Source: a virus
IMG/VR virus record: IMGVR_UViG_3300013126_001527
Span: 1 to 64,000 of that record
DNA length: 64,000 nt
Reading direction: 5' to 3' (one strand)
The notes below the pieces were generated by a model. The model had not been told where the DNA came from and searched no databases. It worked only from the letters and a program-made list of their open reading frames with translations. A program made the translations under genes and the position numbers. Below are positions 47,603 through 56,768 of this stretch, piece after piece; position 1 is the stretch's first letter; every line of letters starts with the position of its first letter.

Positions 47603-50514
47603 ATATGAAATCCCTATTAGAAAAGATGATGAAGTTTGCCGGAGAACCTGATCAAACAGCTGGTGATCAAGTGCGCAGTTCCGAAAAGGTCAAAAAAAGT
47701 GGCAAAGACCATCCATTCAAAGGTCGATTAGTTGGCGACAGCATAGAACCGCAGACTAATATGTTAGAAGAACTTAGCCAAGAATCTAAAGACAAAAACA
47801 TCGAATGGGCCTTATCAGAGGCATGGGCAGAATTTAAAGAAGCTGCATTTAAAGATACCGCAGAAAAGCGCACTACACGTAAAGGCAGTCGTCCTAGTCG
47901 AGGTCATGAGCCTGTAGCTCGTTATAAAAAAGTAGAAGAAGCCACCCAAGAAGAAATTTGGCAAGGTTGGAAAATTCGCTACGAAACCACGCCTCAAATT
48001 AAAGGACAACCACTACGTTGGATGGTATGGCACACTAAACGAGGCACAGAAAGTGCGCACGAAGGACAGGCAAATACCCCGCAAGAAGCTATCGAAGCTG
48101 CAAAAGCATGGATTCAAAGTGGTGGTAATGCTAAGGAAATCACTACTAGTACAGTAACCATCGACTTTAATGTGAAATTTGCCAACGAAATTGTCAACGG
48201 CAATGATTTTTATGCTAAAATCGTACAAGGACCAACTCTACTAGTTTCAGGTGACGCAAAACCGGGATTCAAACGTAGTCATATTCGTACACAAAAGAGT
48301 AAAGCCACACAAGACACTACGCTATTGCCAATGATTAGCCTGTCAAATTCTGAAGCAACATCTGCAGGATTAAAGGCCCACGGTCGTTATATCTTAGGCG
48401 ACACACAACAAATGGAAGATGGTACACTAGCATATCCGTTAATTTATCAAAGCACAGTACAGGCCAAAGGCGATATAATGCGGTTGGGTAAACCTGGATT
48501 GACTGTAGCGATGAACCGAGAAGTTAGTGGCTTAGAAGAAACAGACCAGGGCATCAGTAAAGCTAAGGAAACTGAGTTTCATACTAAATTAGATACCCTA
48601 GTACACGATACATTTGGTCGCCGTAAAGAAGAAATGAAAGAAGGTTGGGGTCGTGGTCATGACCGCGTTAGCCTACCAGATGAGCCAAGCACATATTGGT
48701 CAGGTAAAGGCCAACTACAAAAAGAATACGAAGCACTGTACGATCAACTAGTCCCAGCATCAGGTGCGGCAGATACTATTGAAGGTGAAGTACTACGTGC
48801 GGCCAGTAAGATTGTTTATCGTCACTACAACGATGGTGATGAATTTAATGCTCCAAGTTTTGGCCAACTTGAAGAATTTATTGGCAAGGTTACTAGTTAC
48901 GATGACCTAGCACACAAGGCCACAGAATTCGCTCTAAAAGCCAACGGCAACTATCATCCTAACCACGGTTGGGACAGCCTAGACGTTATGGAATACGGTC
49001 CTGAAGACAACAGTGATGACTATGATGAAGATGACGGCTGGGATGAAGAGGAAGAAGATACTAGCTGGGACCAAGATGACAATGACGAAGATTTAGATGA
49101 AAGCGATAAAGAAGAGTTCAAATCAACTTATAAAAAGTTCAACGACAAAGTTAAACAACAAAAAGAAAAAGGTGTAGCAGAAAGCTACTACAAATATTCT
49201 GTAAAAAATCCAGATGGTAAGGGTGGAGTATACCACAAAGCAGAACCTGGTTACACAGACCAAATTATTGCTAAAGATATTGCTAAAGCTAAAAGAGATA
49301 ACCCTCGGGCTACTATTCAAGCAACTAAAGATGGTAAACCATTTGACTGGGAAGCTGTATTAGGTGAAGGTATTGTTGATAAAGTTCGTGGTGCTAATTA
49401 TAAACGTCTAGCAAAACGTTCATTTGATAAAGCATACGATGCGCATCAAGACTCTATAGACGCACCAAAAACACCAGCAGAAAGAAGATCAGCACGTGCT
49501 GAATTTAACAAACAATATGACAAAGGTGTTGCTCGTGAAAAACTTGCTAAAGAATTAGGTGAAGGTTGGGAAAGTGGTCCTGAAGAACGTGCCCCGCGTG
49601 AACGTGATCCAGATTGGGAATACGATCAACGTCGCCAAGAGAAGATGGACATTGAAGCTGAGAAAGCTCAAGCACAACGCCCACAAGAACAATACTATAC
49701 TTTAGTAGGTCGTGGTCCTAACTATGAAGCAAACTATGCGTTCCCTGGTGAATATGCTACGCAAGATGAAGCTGTGGCAGCACGTGCTCGTCTAATGGCT
49801 GATCCTAGTACACCAAACCCACGTGACATAGGTATTAGTAAACGTACACGTTACTTAGACATTAAAGAAGGTCGTGAAACTCCTCTACGTGATAAAGAAG
49901 ATTACGCTGCTAAGAAGAAAGCCTTGCAAGACATCCAGTCTGATCCAAGCACAGCGCAAGATTTAGAACTATCAGTAGAAGTTATGCGTAGACTAGCTGG
50001 CTTAAAACAACAGGCTAAAGCTATGGGCCTAGACGAAAGCCGTGCTCACAAGATTTTGGCTCGTAAATTAGCTGACATTGAACGTAAACCTACTGCTGCC
50101 GATACAGACGATGATGCAGCCCGTGCAGAGAAAGCTAAAGCTGATTATGCAAAATATGTAGCTAAGATGAAAAAAGAAAATCCTAATTTTATTCCTATGT
50201 TCAAAATAGATGAATATGGTGCAGATGCTACTACCTCTGCAACTTCGTCAACTATTGATAAAACCAAGGTAAAAGATATAGCGCAGGCAAGCCAAGCACT
50301 AAAGGCCGCAACTGGCAGTACTGCACCTGCACAAAATATTGTAAAAGCAATCGATGCTGCTAGCCAAGGAAAACCAGTTGGACAGCAGGATATGAAGGCT
50401 ATAGAACCCCTAATGAAAGACATTGCTACTGTAGCTAGTGCACCTAAATTAGCAGGTCAATTTAGATCTTTAATGCAACAGGTAGATAGAGAACAAAAAC
50501 TTCAAGGAAAATAA
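47599..50514 (+). CDS. Large charged multi-module protein, putative internal head polyprotein
   Basis: 971 aa; dissimilar modules separated by [LIVM]-x-E sites. Confidence 0.6.
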   Translation: MNMKSLLEKMMKFAGEPDQTAGDQVRSSEKVKKSGKDHPFKGRLVGDSIEPQTNMLEELSQESKDKNIEWALSEAWAEFKEAAFKDTAEKRTTRKGSRPSRGHEPVARYKKVEEATQEEIWQGWKIRYETTPQIKGQPLRWMVWHTKRGTESAHEGQANTPQEAIEAAKAWIQSGGNAKEITTSTVTIDFNVKFANEIVNGNDFYAKIVQGPTLLVSGDAKPGFKRSHIRTQKSKATQDTTLLPMISLSNSEATSAGLKAHGRYILGDTQQMEDGTLAYPLIYQSTVQAKGDIMRLGKPGLTVAMNREVSGLEETDQGISKAKETEFHTKLDTLVHDTFGRRKEEMKEGWGRGHDRVSLPDEPSTYWSGKGQLQKEYEALYDQLVPASGAADTIEGEVLRAASKIVYRHYNDGDEFNAPSFGQLEEFIGKVTSYDDLAHKATEFALKANGNYHPNHGWDSLDVMEYGPEDNSDDYDEDDGWDEEEEDTSWDQDDNDEDLDESDKEEFKSTYKKFNDKVKQQKEKGVAESYYKYSVKNPDGKGGVYHKAEPGYTDQIIAKDIAKAKRDNPRATIQATKDGKPFDWEAVLGEGIVDKVRGANYKRLAKRSFDKAYDAHQDSIDAPKTPAERRSARAEFNKQYDKGVAREKLAKELGEGWESGPEERAPRERDPDWEYDQRRQEKMDIEAEKAQAQRPQEQYYTLVGRGPNYEANYAFPGEYATQDEAVAARARLMADPSTPNPRDIGISKRTRYLDIKEGRETPLRDKEDYAAKKKALQDIQSDPSTAQDLELSVEVMRRLAGLKQQAKAMGLDESRAHKILARKLADIERKPTAADTDDDAARAEKAKADYAKYVAKMKKENPNFIPMFKIDEYGADATTSATSSTIDKTKVKDIAQASQALKAATGSTAPAQNIVKAIDAASQGKPVGQQDMKAIEPLMKDIATVASAPKLAGQFRSLMQQVDREQKLQGK

Positions 50515-50530
50515 CAATAATACGTCAATT

Positions 50531-50564
50531 AAAAAGGGCCCAATTTGGGCCCTTTTGTTTTTTT
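50531..50564. terminator. Bidirectional Rho-independent terminator
   Basis: AAAAAGGGCCC-aattt-GGGCCCTTTT between convergent genes. Confidence 0.85.
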
Positions 50565-51000
50565 AATCATCAAAATTTTCTGGTTCTATGGCTTCTTGTT
50601 GTAACTCTCTATCCAATCGTTTGAGATAGGTCTTAGCTGATGTGAGCTTTTTAAACATGCGTGTTGCCCGTTTTTTATTCAAATATAAACAGAACATACC
50701 ACTTTCATCTTTTTTAACTTCTGCCAGAGTATCACGTTTAAATCCAATATGTACATTATACACCGGATCAGATTGTAATAGTGTGTCAAATCCAAGAAGT
50801 ATGCTATCGCCTTTTTGCCCCACTTTAACTAATTTATCATCAAATACCGCACTGATGTTGGCTTTTCGCATGATTAATGCCGCAGTTCGTGGGTCTTGAA
50901 CTTGTATATAACCTTGTTCATCGACCCAAAAATCTACACCTTCTTCAAATCCATTAAATGGATCTGATATAAGATCTAATAATTCGTCAATTTGTGTCAT
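50563..51000 (-). CDS. Hypothetical early protein
   Basis: Minus-strand ORF behind perfect sigma70 promoter. Confidence 0.65.
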   Translation of the reverse strand: MTQIDELLDLISDPFNGFEEGVDFWVDEQGYIQVQDPRTAALIMRKANISAVFDDKLVKVGQKGDSILLGFDTLLQSDPVYNVHIGFKRDTLAEVKKDESGMFCLYLNKKRATRMFKKLTSAKTYLKRLDRELQQEAIEPENFDD

Positions 51001-51038
51001 GATGTAAAATACCCATTGAGTTGTTGATAATAGCAAAC

Positions 51039-51067
51039 ATTATACATTCAAATCTAGAGTTTGTCAA
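51039..51067 (-). promoter_or_regulatory. Consensus sigma70 promoter (minus strand)
   Basis: TTGACA (51067-62)-17 nt-TATAAT (51044-39); divergent from late ATAAATA at 51082. Confidence 0.8.
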
Positions 51068-51116
51068 GTCTTTTTGTTTTGATAAATATCATATAAGCAC
51101 AAGTATGGACAATATT

Positions 51117-51509
51117 ATGTTATTAACGGAATTCTTTGAAACCTCGGAGGGCAACTCGTATGCAAAGCCTACGACAGCGTCGAGCGTTAAAGAAACTAAA
51201 CGCAAAATTACAGCAAAAAATGATCCCTGCTGGAAGGGTTACCACATGGTGGGCACAAAGTCTAAAGATAGCAAAGAAGTGCCTAACTGCGTTTCGGGAG
51301 AAAAAGGGTCAATGAATGAAACAGCCGATTTGAGTCATATAATTCAAGCACGCCAATTAGCACATCAAGCCATGACAGATACTAGTAAGCGTCATGAATA
51401 TTTTGATTTTATGAAACATTTACGTGACAAACACGGTAAAGAATACAGTATAAAAATCCATCAAAATGCTACTAAATTAGACAGCATCAAAGAAAGTATC
51501 AAGGAATAA
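51117..51509 (+). CDS. Putative internal head protein
   Basis: Leader MLLTEFFE; CWKGYHMVGTK...VPNCV motif; SVKE, SMNE, SIKE sites (alternative start 51105). Confidence 0.55.
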   Translation: MLLTEFFETSEGNSYAKPTTASSVKETKRKITAKNDPCWKGYHMVGTKSKDSKEVPNCVSGEKGSMNETADLSHIIQARQLAHQAMTDTSKRHEYFDFMKHLRDKHGKEYSIKIHQNATKLDSIKESIKE

Positions 51510-51512
51510 TAA

Positions 51513-53792
51513 ATGGCAGATTTACAATATATCTACACCGTTGACCGTCCGGGACCAAGAGCATTTACTATGCCTGATGGTTTTGAAGAAACAGTTGAAG
51601 TTCATTTATGGGGTGCAGGTGGTGGTACCGGATATGGGGGTGCACCAGGGGGTGGTGGCGGTTATGTTAAATCTACTTTAACCATACAATCTGGTGATAT
51701 CATTGAAATTGGTATCGGATTACAAGGAAGCCCTGCACAAAGTGCAACCGCTGGAGGTGGTGGCGGTAATAGCGGCATTGGTTCTAGATATAGTGGCGGT
51801 ATTGGCGGAGGTAGAGGTTACTGGTGCGGTAACTCAGGCGGACCGTTCCCAAGCGGTGGTGGTGGTGGGGCAACTGCCGTATTAGTCAATGGTGTTGCTC
51901 AGGCAGTGGCTGCTGGCGGTGGTGGTGGCGGTGGCTACGGCCACAGAGGTGCCAAATATGCTGGGTTACCGGGTGGTTCATATAGATCGCTCACTGGAAA
52001 TACCCAAGGTGGTGCTGCAAGTTATGGTGGCGGTGGTGGTGGTGGATATCTTGGGGGTGCTGCTGGATATAGTTCAGGACATGCTGTAGTTGGTGGTAGC
52101 GGCGGACAAAATTATGGCACTACAGCAGAAGCAGGCAATGGAGCCACGGCTGGCGGTAGAAATACCATATATGCACCGGTTGCATCTTATGGTAACTCTG
52201 GTTATCACGGATATGCTGTATTGGTGTTTACTAGAAGATTCCAAATTTTTAATAAAGATAGCAGTGAATGGAAACGTGTTTTAAATGCTTGGGTTAAGAC
52301 ACCGCAAGTGTTTATCCCCGTAACAGTTCCGCACACACCTCAAACAGTTACATTTTCTTCTGAAGGCACACATACATTTACAGTCCCTACTGGAATTACG
52401 TCAATTAACGTAACTGCCATTGGTGGTGGTGGTGGTGGCGGTGGCGCTGATGGCGCCGCATCGGGCGGATATCCGGGCGGCGGATACCCTGGAAGTAAAA
52501 TAGTCACAACATTATCTGTTACCCCCGGACAAACATTAACTATCGTTCCGGGCGGTGGTGGTGGCGCTGGTGTAGGTAGAGCTAGCAGTGCAAGACCTGG
52601 TAGTGGTGGGGTTGGATATTACCCTGGTGGCCGCGGTGGGTATGCAGGACCTTCTGGTAGCTCTGGAGCAGGTGGTGGTGGCGGTGGCGCAACTGTAATC
52701 CTGTCAGGAGCTTCTCCTGTGTTGGTAGCAGGTGGTGGTGCTGGTGCAGGTGGTTCCGGTAACGGTAACTATGGAGTAGAATCCATTGGGACTTTTAATT
52801 CTAGTACCTCGGGTGCTGCAGGCCAAGACAAGTCCGGTGACGGGGGCGGTGGTGGTGGTGGCGGTGGTGGCTACCCATATGGTGGTGCTGGTGGCCCAAC
52901 TCGCAGTGGGGATGCAGGAGCATATTCTGGTACAACTGGACAAAGTTTAGTGCCCGCGGGAGGACAACTAGGCACTGGATCAAACGGCGGCAGTTATGCA
53001 AGTGGCACGGGCGGACGAGGCAGCGTAGAAATAACATATACACAACCCGATGAAACTATTTTAGTTGAAGAGGGCGGATGGAAAGGAATACAACAAATAT
53101 ATACAAAACACAACGGTGAGTGGAAACAACTAATTAGTACCGATACAGTAAATGATGGACGTACAGAGAAATTTCTTGTACAAGGATCGTATATATGGAC
53201 AGCACCGGATGATATTATACGTGTTAAAGTATTAGTATACGGTGCTGGCGGTAGTGGTACTGGCGGTGGTGGTGGTGCAGGCGGATATGCTGAAAAATAT
53301 CTAACAGTAACTCCTGGAAGTTCGTATAGTGTCGTTGTAGGAGCAGGCGGTATAGGTAGCCAAGATGGGCAATCAAGTAGTTTTAATGCAAATATCATAG
53401 CCTATGGAGGTTCTGCTGGTACTGCAGCAACTACAGGTACAGATGCAGGTGGTGCTGGTGGCACAGCAACAGGTGGGGACACTAACTTAACTGGTGCTGC
53501 AGGATCTGCCGGTAAGGCGATTTACCACTACTACTATTGGTGGTGGGGTTGGGGTGGTTACTGGGGTTGGGGTGGGTATAATACCTATTCCTATGGATTT
53601 GGTTCATATAACTACGGGTATAATTACAACTACTGGGGCGGTTACTGGGGTTGGGGTTGGCCTCGATCACATTATGCAGGGTATGAATACGGTGTTCCTG
53701 GTGTAGGGTATGACAGTATTGGTAGCGGAGCAGTTGGTCGTGCTGCAGATTCTCCTACTGGAGCAACTGGGGCAGTGTTTGTAATTTATTAA
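51513..53792 (+). CDS. Glycine-rich adhesin-like virion protein with three Gly-rich domains
   Basis: Three V...GAGG/GGGG domains with poly-Gly runs; C-terminal W/Y/G low-complexity insert. Confidence 0.7.
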   Translation: MADLQYIYTVDRPGPRAFTMPDGFEETVEVHLWGAGGGTGYGGAPGGGGGYVKSTLTIQSGDIIEIGIGLQGSPAQSATAGGGGGNSGIGSRYSGGIGGGRGYWCGNSGGPFPSGGGGGATAVLVNGVAQAVAAGGGGGGGYGHRGAKYAGLPGGSYRSLTGNTQGGAASYGGGGGGGYLGGAAGYSSGHAVVGGSGGQNYGTTAEAGNGATAGGRNTIYAPVASYGNSGYHGYAVLVFTRRFQIFNKDSSEWKRVLNAWVKTPQVFIPVTVPHTPQTVTFSSEGTHTFTVPTGITSINVTAIGGGGGGGGADGAASGGYPGGGYPGSKIVTTLSVTPGQTLTIVPGGGGGAGVGRASSARPGSGGVGYYPGGRGGYAGPSGSSGAGGGGGGATVILSGASPVLVAGGGAGAGGSGNGNYGVESIGTFNSSTSGAAGQDKSGDGGGGGGGGGGYPYGGAGGPTRSGDAGAYSGTTGQSLVPAGGQLGTGSNGGSYASGTGGRGSVEITYTQPDETILVEEGGWKGIQQIYTKHNGEWKQLISTDTVNDGRTEKFLVQGSYIWTAPDDIIRVKVLVYGAGGSGTGGGGGAGGYAEKYLTVTPGSSYSVVVGAGGIGSQDGQSSSFNANIIAYGGSAGTAATTGTDAGGAGGTATGGDTNLTGAAGSAGKAIYHYYYWWWGWGGYWGWGGYNTYSYGFGSYNYGYNYNYWGGYWGWGWPRSHYAGYEYGVPGVGYDSIGSGAVGRAADSPTGATGAVFVIY

Positions 53793-53814
53793 AATTTTTT
53801 AAAAGGTGATTTCA

Positions 53815-54618
53815 ATGAAACGTGTATTATCAATCTTATTACTATTAGTATCGGCGCAGGCCTGGGCATGGACACAGACACCTCCCAAACCTCTAGCAAG
53901 TTGTTCAGCAGAAGCTCCATATGGTTTTCCTATTGCAAGCAAAGCAGGATTGGCACAATGTCGATTGGCATTTGCCACAGTATATGACCCAGCAAGTAAG
54001 TTGCCCATGTGGACAACATGGACTATTACACCAACTGAGGCAATAGGATGTATTCCTCGTACTAACGCATTTGTAGCAGATGAAAGTTTACCAAAAGATC
54101 AACGGGCCACTCCAGACGATTATGCAGGAACAGGGTACGACAAGGGGCATGTAGCCCCCGATGGTGATTTGAGTTTTGACCAGCAGGTAGAATACGAAAG
54201 TTTCTTAATGACCAATATGATGCCACAAAGCGGTGGATTAAATCGAGGAATTTGGAAACTGTTAGAAACCTATACCAGAGGTTATGCTGTGCAACGTAAT
54301 ACTACTGTTACAATTTATGCAGGTCCAATTTACAGTATGAGTAACCCAACCATCGGTAAAAACAAAGTAGTTGTTCCGCACGCTTTTTACAAAATATTAA
54401 TTGACAACAAAACTAAAGAAGTTCTAGCATTTATATTCCCGCACAAAGGCGGTCAAGGTAATAATCTAGATGTAGCATTGAGCACAGTTACAGAAATTGA
54501 AAGACAAACTGGTATAAAATTTCCTCTACCCCAAGGTGCAGTATTAAATAAAAAGACTAAGGATTTTCCGGTAGACTTTGGTGCGTTAACCAACGCCAAA
54601 CGAGCTAAATGTAAATAA
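53815..54618 (+). CDS. DNA/RNA non-specific endonuclease (NucA-like) with signal peptide
   Basis: MKR-hydrophobic-AWA signal; GYDKGHVAP, NMMPQ, NRGIW, VVVPHAFYK. Confidence 0.9.
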   Translation: MKRVLSILLLLVSAQAWAWTQTPPKPLASCSAEAPYGFPIASKAGLAQCRLAFATVYDPASKLPMWTTWTITPTEAIGCIPRTNAFVADESLPKDQRATPDDYAGTGYDKGHVAPDGDLSFDQQVEYESFLMTNMMPQSGGLNRGIWKLLETYTRGYAVQRNTTVTIYAGPIYSMSNPTIGKNKVVVPHAFYKILIDNKTKEVLAFIFPHKGGQGNNLDVALSTVTEIERQTGIKFPLPQGAVLNKKTKDFPVDFGALTNAKRAKCK

Positions 54619-54633
54619 TCAAGGACAACTAAA

Positions 54634-55083
54634 ATGGTAGACGAAGTATTTGACGACGAAGTGACCACAGTTCCGCAAGAAACTGTACAAATTGAAGTTC
54701 CAGCACCTATAACTACAGCCCCATGGGGATTTCATGCTATAATGGACTGTAATAATGTTGAATTAGACAAAATTCAAAGCGAATCAAATATTAAAAATTG
54801 GCTTAGTGATTTGTTAATTAAAATTGATATGACCCCAATTGGTGATCCAATTGTTACCAAAACTGGTGTAGGTATGCCCGATAAAGAGGGATTTACCGCA
54901 GTGCAGATTATTGTTACTAGTAACATTATAGCACATTTTATCGACCAAGATCGACACATTTACATTGATGTGTTTAGTTGTAAAGAGTTTAATCCAACTC
55001 TTGTCGAAGAATCAATTAAACAGTTTTTTGGTGCCAACACAGCAATTAAAAAAATATTATTGCCCAGAAACGCGGCTATTTGA
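54634..55083 (+). CDS. speD: S-adenosylmethionine decarboxylase-like proenzyme
   Basis: WGFHAIMD, GFTAVQIIVTSNIIAHF, YIDVFSCKEF. Confidence 0.75.
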   Translation: MVDEVFDDEVTTVPQETVQIEVPAPITTAPWGFHAIMDCNNVELDKIQSESNIKNWLSDLLIKIDMTPIGDPIVTKTGVGMPDKEGFTAVQIIVTSNIIAHFIDQDRHIYIDVFSCKEFNPTLVEESIKQFFGANTAIKKILLPRNAAI

Positions 55084-56187
55084 TTTAAAAAATATTATTG
55101 CAAAATAATATTGAGGATTGACAAACTTAACCCAACTTGGGCCCATAAAAAGGTCTCCCACAGAGTTGGGTATTTTTTTGAATCGTTTGTGATGCTCATA
55201 ATGCCAGCTTTGATTAAGAGCTATTGGAAACAACCAAGGGTAATTCCTTTCACCAAATCTAGACAAATACCAATCATGCTGAAAATTTAACACATTAACC
55301 AAGGTATAAGGTAATAAGAATAAAAATACGACTCCCGATATACCAATGGTCCAGGCTAGTATTATCAAACACAGTATTTTTATCTCTACTAGATAATTGG
55401 TGGTTTTAGGTTTTCTTATTAGGCTAATATCGTAGTCTTTTAGTCCTGGCACCAATTCTTGCTCAACACGTTTAGTAAATAAGTCTTGTTCAGTTTTCCA
55501 AAGTCGATGATGTGTTTGATGATAACTAACCACCCCATCTTGGTCATGGTGTGTACTAGGCACTAATATCTGAATATATGTTTCTATTAAGAATCTAACT
55601 ATTTTATTTTTAGGTATAATGTAACCATGTTCAACGTATTCGTGTCTGATTACATCTGCAGGCATCCACAACAAAAATCCCAAACACAATCCATAGATAA
55701 ACAACTGAAGATCAAAAAATGCACAGACTAACAAAAAATAGAATATTAGAGTCTTGTACTCTAGTAAAAAATAAAAATTTTTTAGATTAATTGTACTCAG
55801 TAACTGATCAACCACACTGTAGTTAAACCGTTTTGCTATAGAAATTTTATGAGTAATTTTTATAAAATCAATATTATTAGTTGGCCATTGGTCAGCCCCT
55901 TGTACCTCAATGCCTGCAGATCGTAAGTTATATTGCAATTTTGCCTCATCTACCAATGTTAGCGATTCCCATGAAAATTTATCAACAGGATTGGAAATAG
56001 ATTTAGTTATACTAGTGAGCAGGCTTGTTGGGGTTACTTTGTGAAAAAAATAACTTAATGCTTCACGCAACTCCCATAGTTGACATTCTTCTAAAGATTT
56101 GTTAGTATACGTGTGTTGATTGAACCAGTCTACAAATCGTTCATAGTCCGGTAAATTTTTTTGAATTTCTTGAGTGAATATAGTCAT
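55057..56187 (-). CDS. Divergent membrane desaturase-like protein 3 with N-terminal extension
   Basis: TM helices; His boxes HEYVEH, HQTHH, HYEHH; very AT-rich. Confidence 0.65.
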   Translation of the reverse strand: MTIFTQEIQKNLPDYERFVDWFNQHTYTNKSLEECQLWELREALSYFFHKVTPTSLLTSITKSISNPVDKFSWESLTLVDEAKLQYNLRSAGIEVQGADQWPTNNIDFIKITHKISIAKRFNYSVVDQLLSTINLKNFYFLLEYKTLIFYFLLVCAFFDLQLFIYGLCLGFLLWMPADVIRHEYVEHGYIIPKNKIVRFLIETYIQILVPSTHHDQDGVVSYHQTHHRLWKTEQDLFTKRVEQELVPGLKDYDISLIRKPKTTNYLVEIKILCLIILAWTIGISGVVFLFLLPYTLVNVLNFQHDWYLSRFGERNYPWLFPIALNQSWHYEHHKRFKKIPNSVGDLFMGPSWVKFVNPQYYFAIIFFKSNSRVSGQ

Positions 56188-56228
56188 TTCCAATTATTTA
56201 TAACATACATTTTACGCTAAATACATAA

Positions 56229-56768
56229 ATGAAAGCACAAGAATTAATTAGAGCAACAGCAAACACCAAAATCTACTTGGACATGGATGGCGTTCTTGCT
56301 GACTTCTTTGCAGAATACGCAAAACTGGCCGGAGTTAAGTCTGGCAAATACCGAGATATTCCACCTGCTAGTCAAGACCCAACATTAAACAAGATGGTTG
56401 GCACAGACTTTTTCTATAGATTACCAAAGTTCAGCACTGCTGACAATTTAATTCAGCTGGTCTTAAGTTATGCACCAACATACAACATTTGCAGTAGTCC
56501 CCTGCGTGGCGATCATGCTAACAGTGAGCAGTGGAAACGCGAGTGGATTAAAAAGCACTTAAGTCCGCAACCTAAAGAAATAATTATTACAGGTATGAAA
56601 GAACGCCATGCTGTTAACGCTGGTGGCAGCCCTAATATCTTAATCGATGATCGAGGCAGTAATATTCTTAAATGGCAAGCTCGCGGAGGTATTGGTATCA
56701 AATATCAAGCAGACGAAGATAGTCTAGACAAAGTAGCAAAAGGATTAATGTTAGCATATGGTTACTAA
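56229..56768 (+). CDS. HAD-family 5'(3')-deoxyribonucleotidase-like protein
   Basis: YLDMDGVLADF, SSP, ILIDD, W..RGGIGI. Confidence 0.85.
   Translation: MKAQELIRATANTKIYLDMDGVLADFFAEYAKLAGVKSGKYRDIPPASQDPTLNKMVGTDFFYRLPKFSTADNLIQLVLSYAPTYNICSSPLRGDHANSEQWKREWIKKHLSPQPKEIIITGMKERHAVNAGGSPNILIDDRGSNILKWQARGGIGIKYQADEDSLDKVAKGLMLAYGY

Noticed and set aside
51640-53480. GGT microsatellite runs as phase-variation tracts
   Set aside because: Triplet repeats encoding poly-Gly; they do not shift the frame
53545-53660. G-quadruplex or telomere-like GGGGTT repeats
   Set aside because: Explained by Trp-Gly (TGG GGT) codons in an open gene; no independent evidence of a nucleic-acid role
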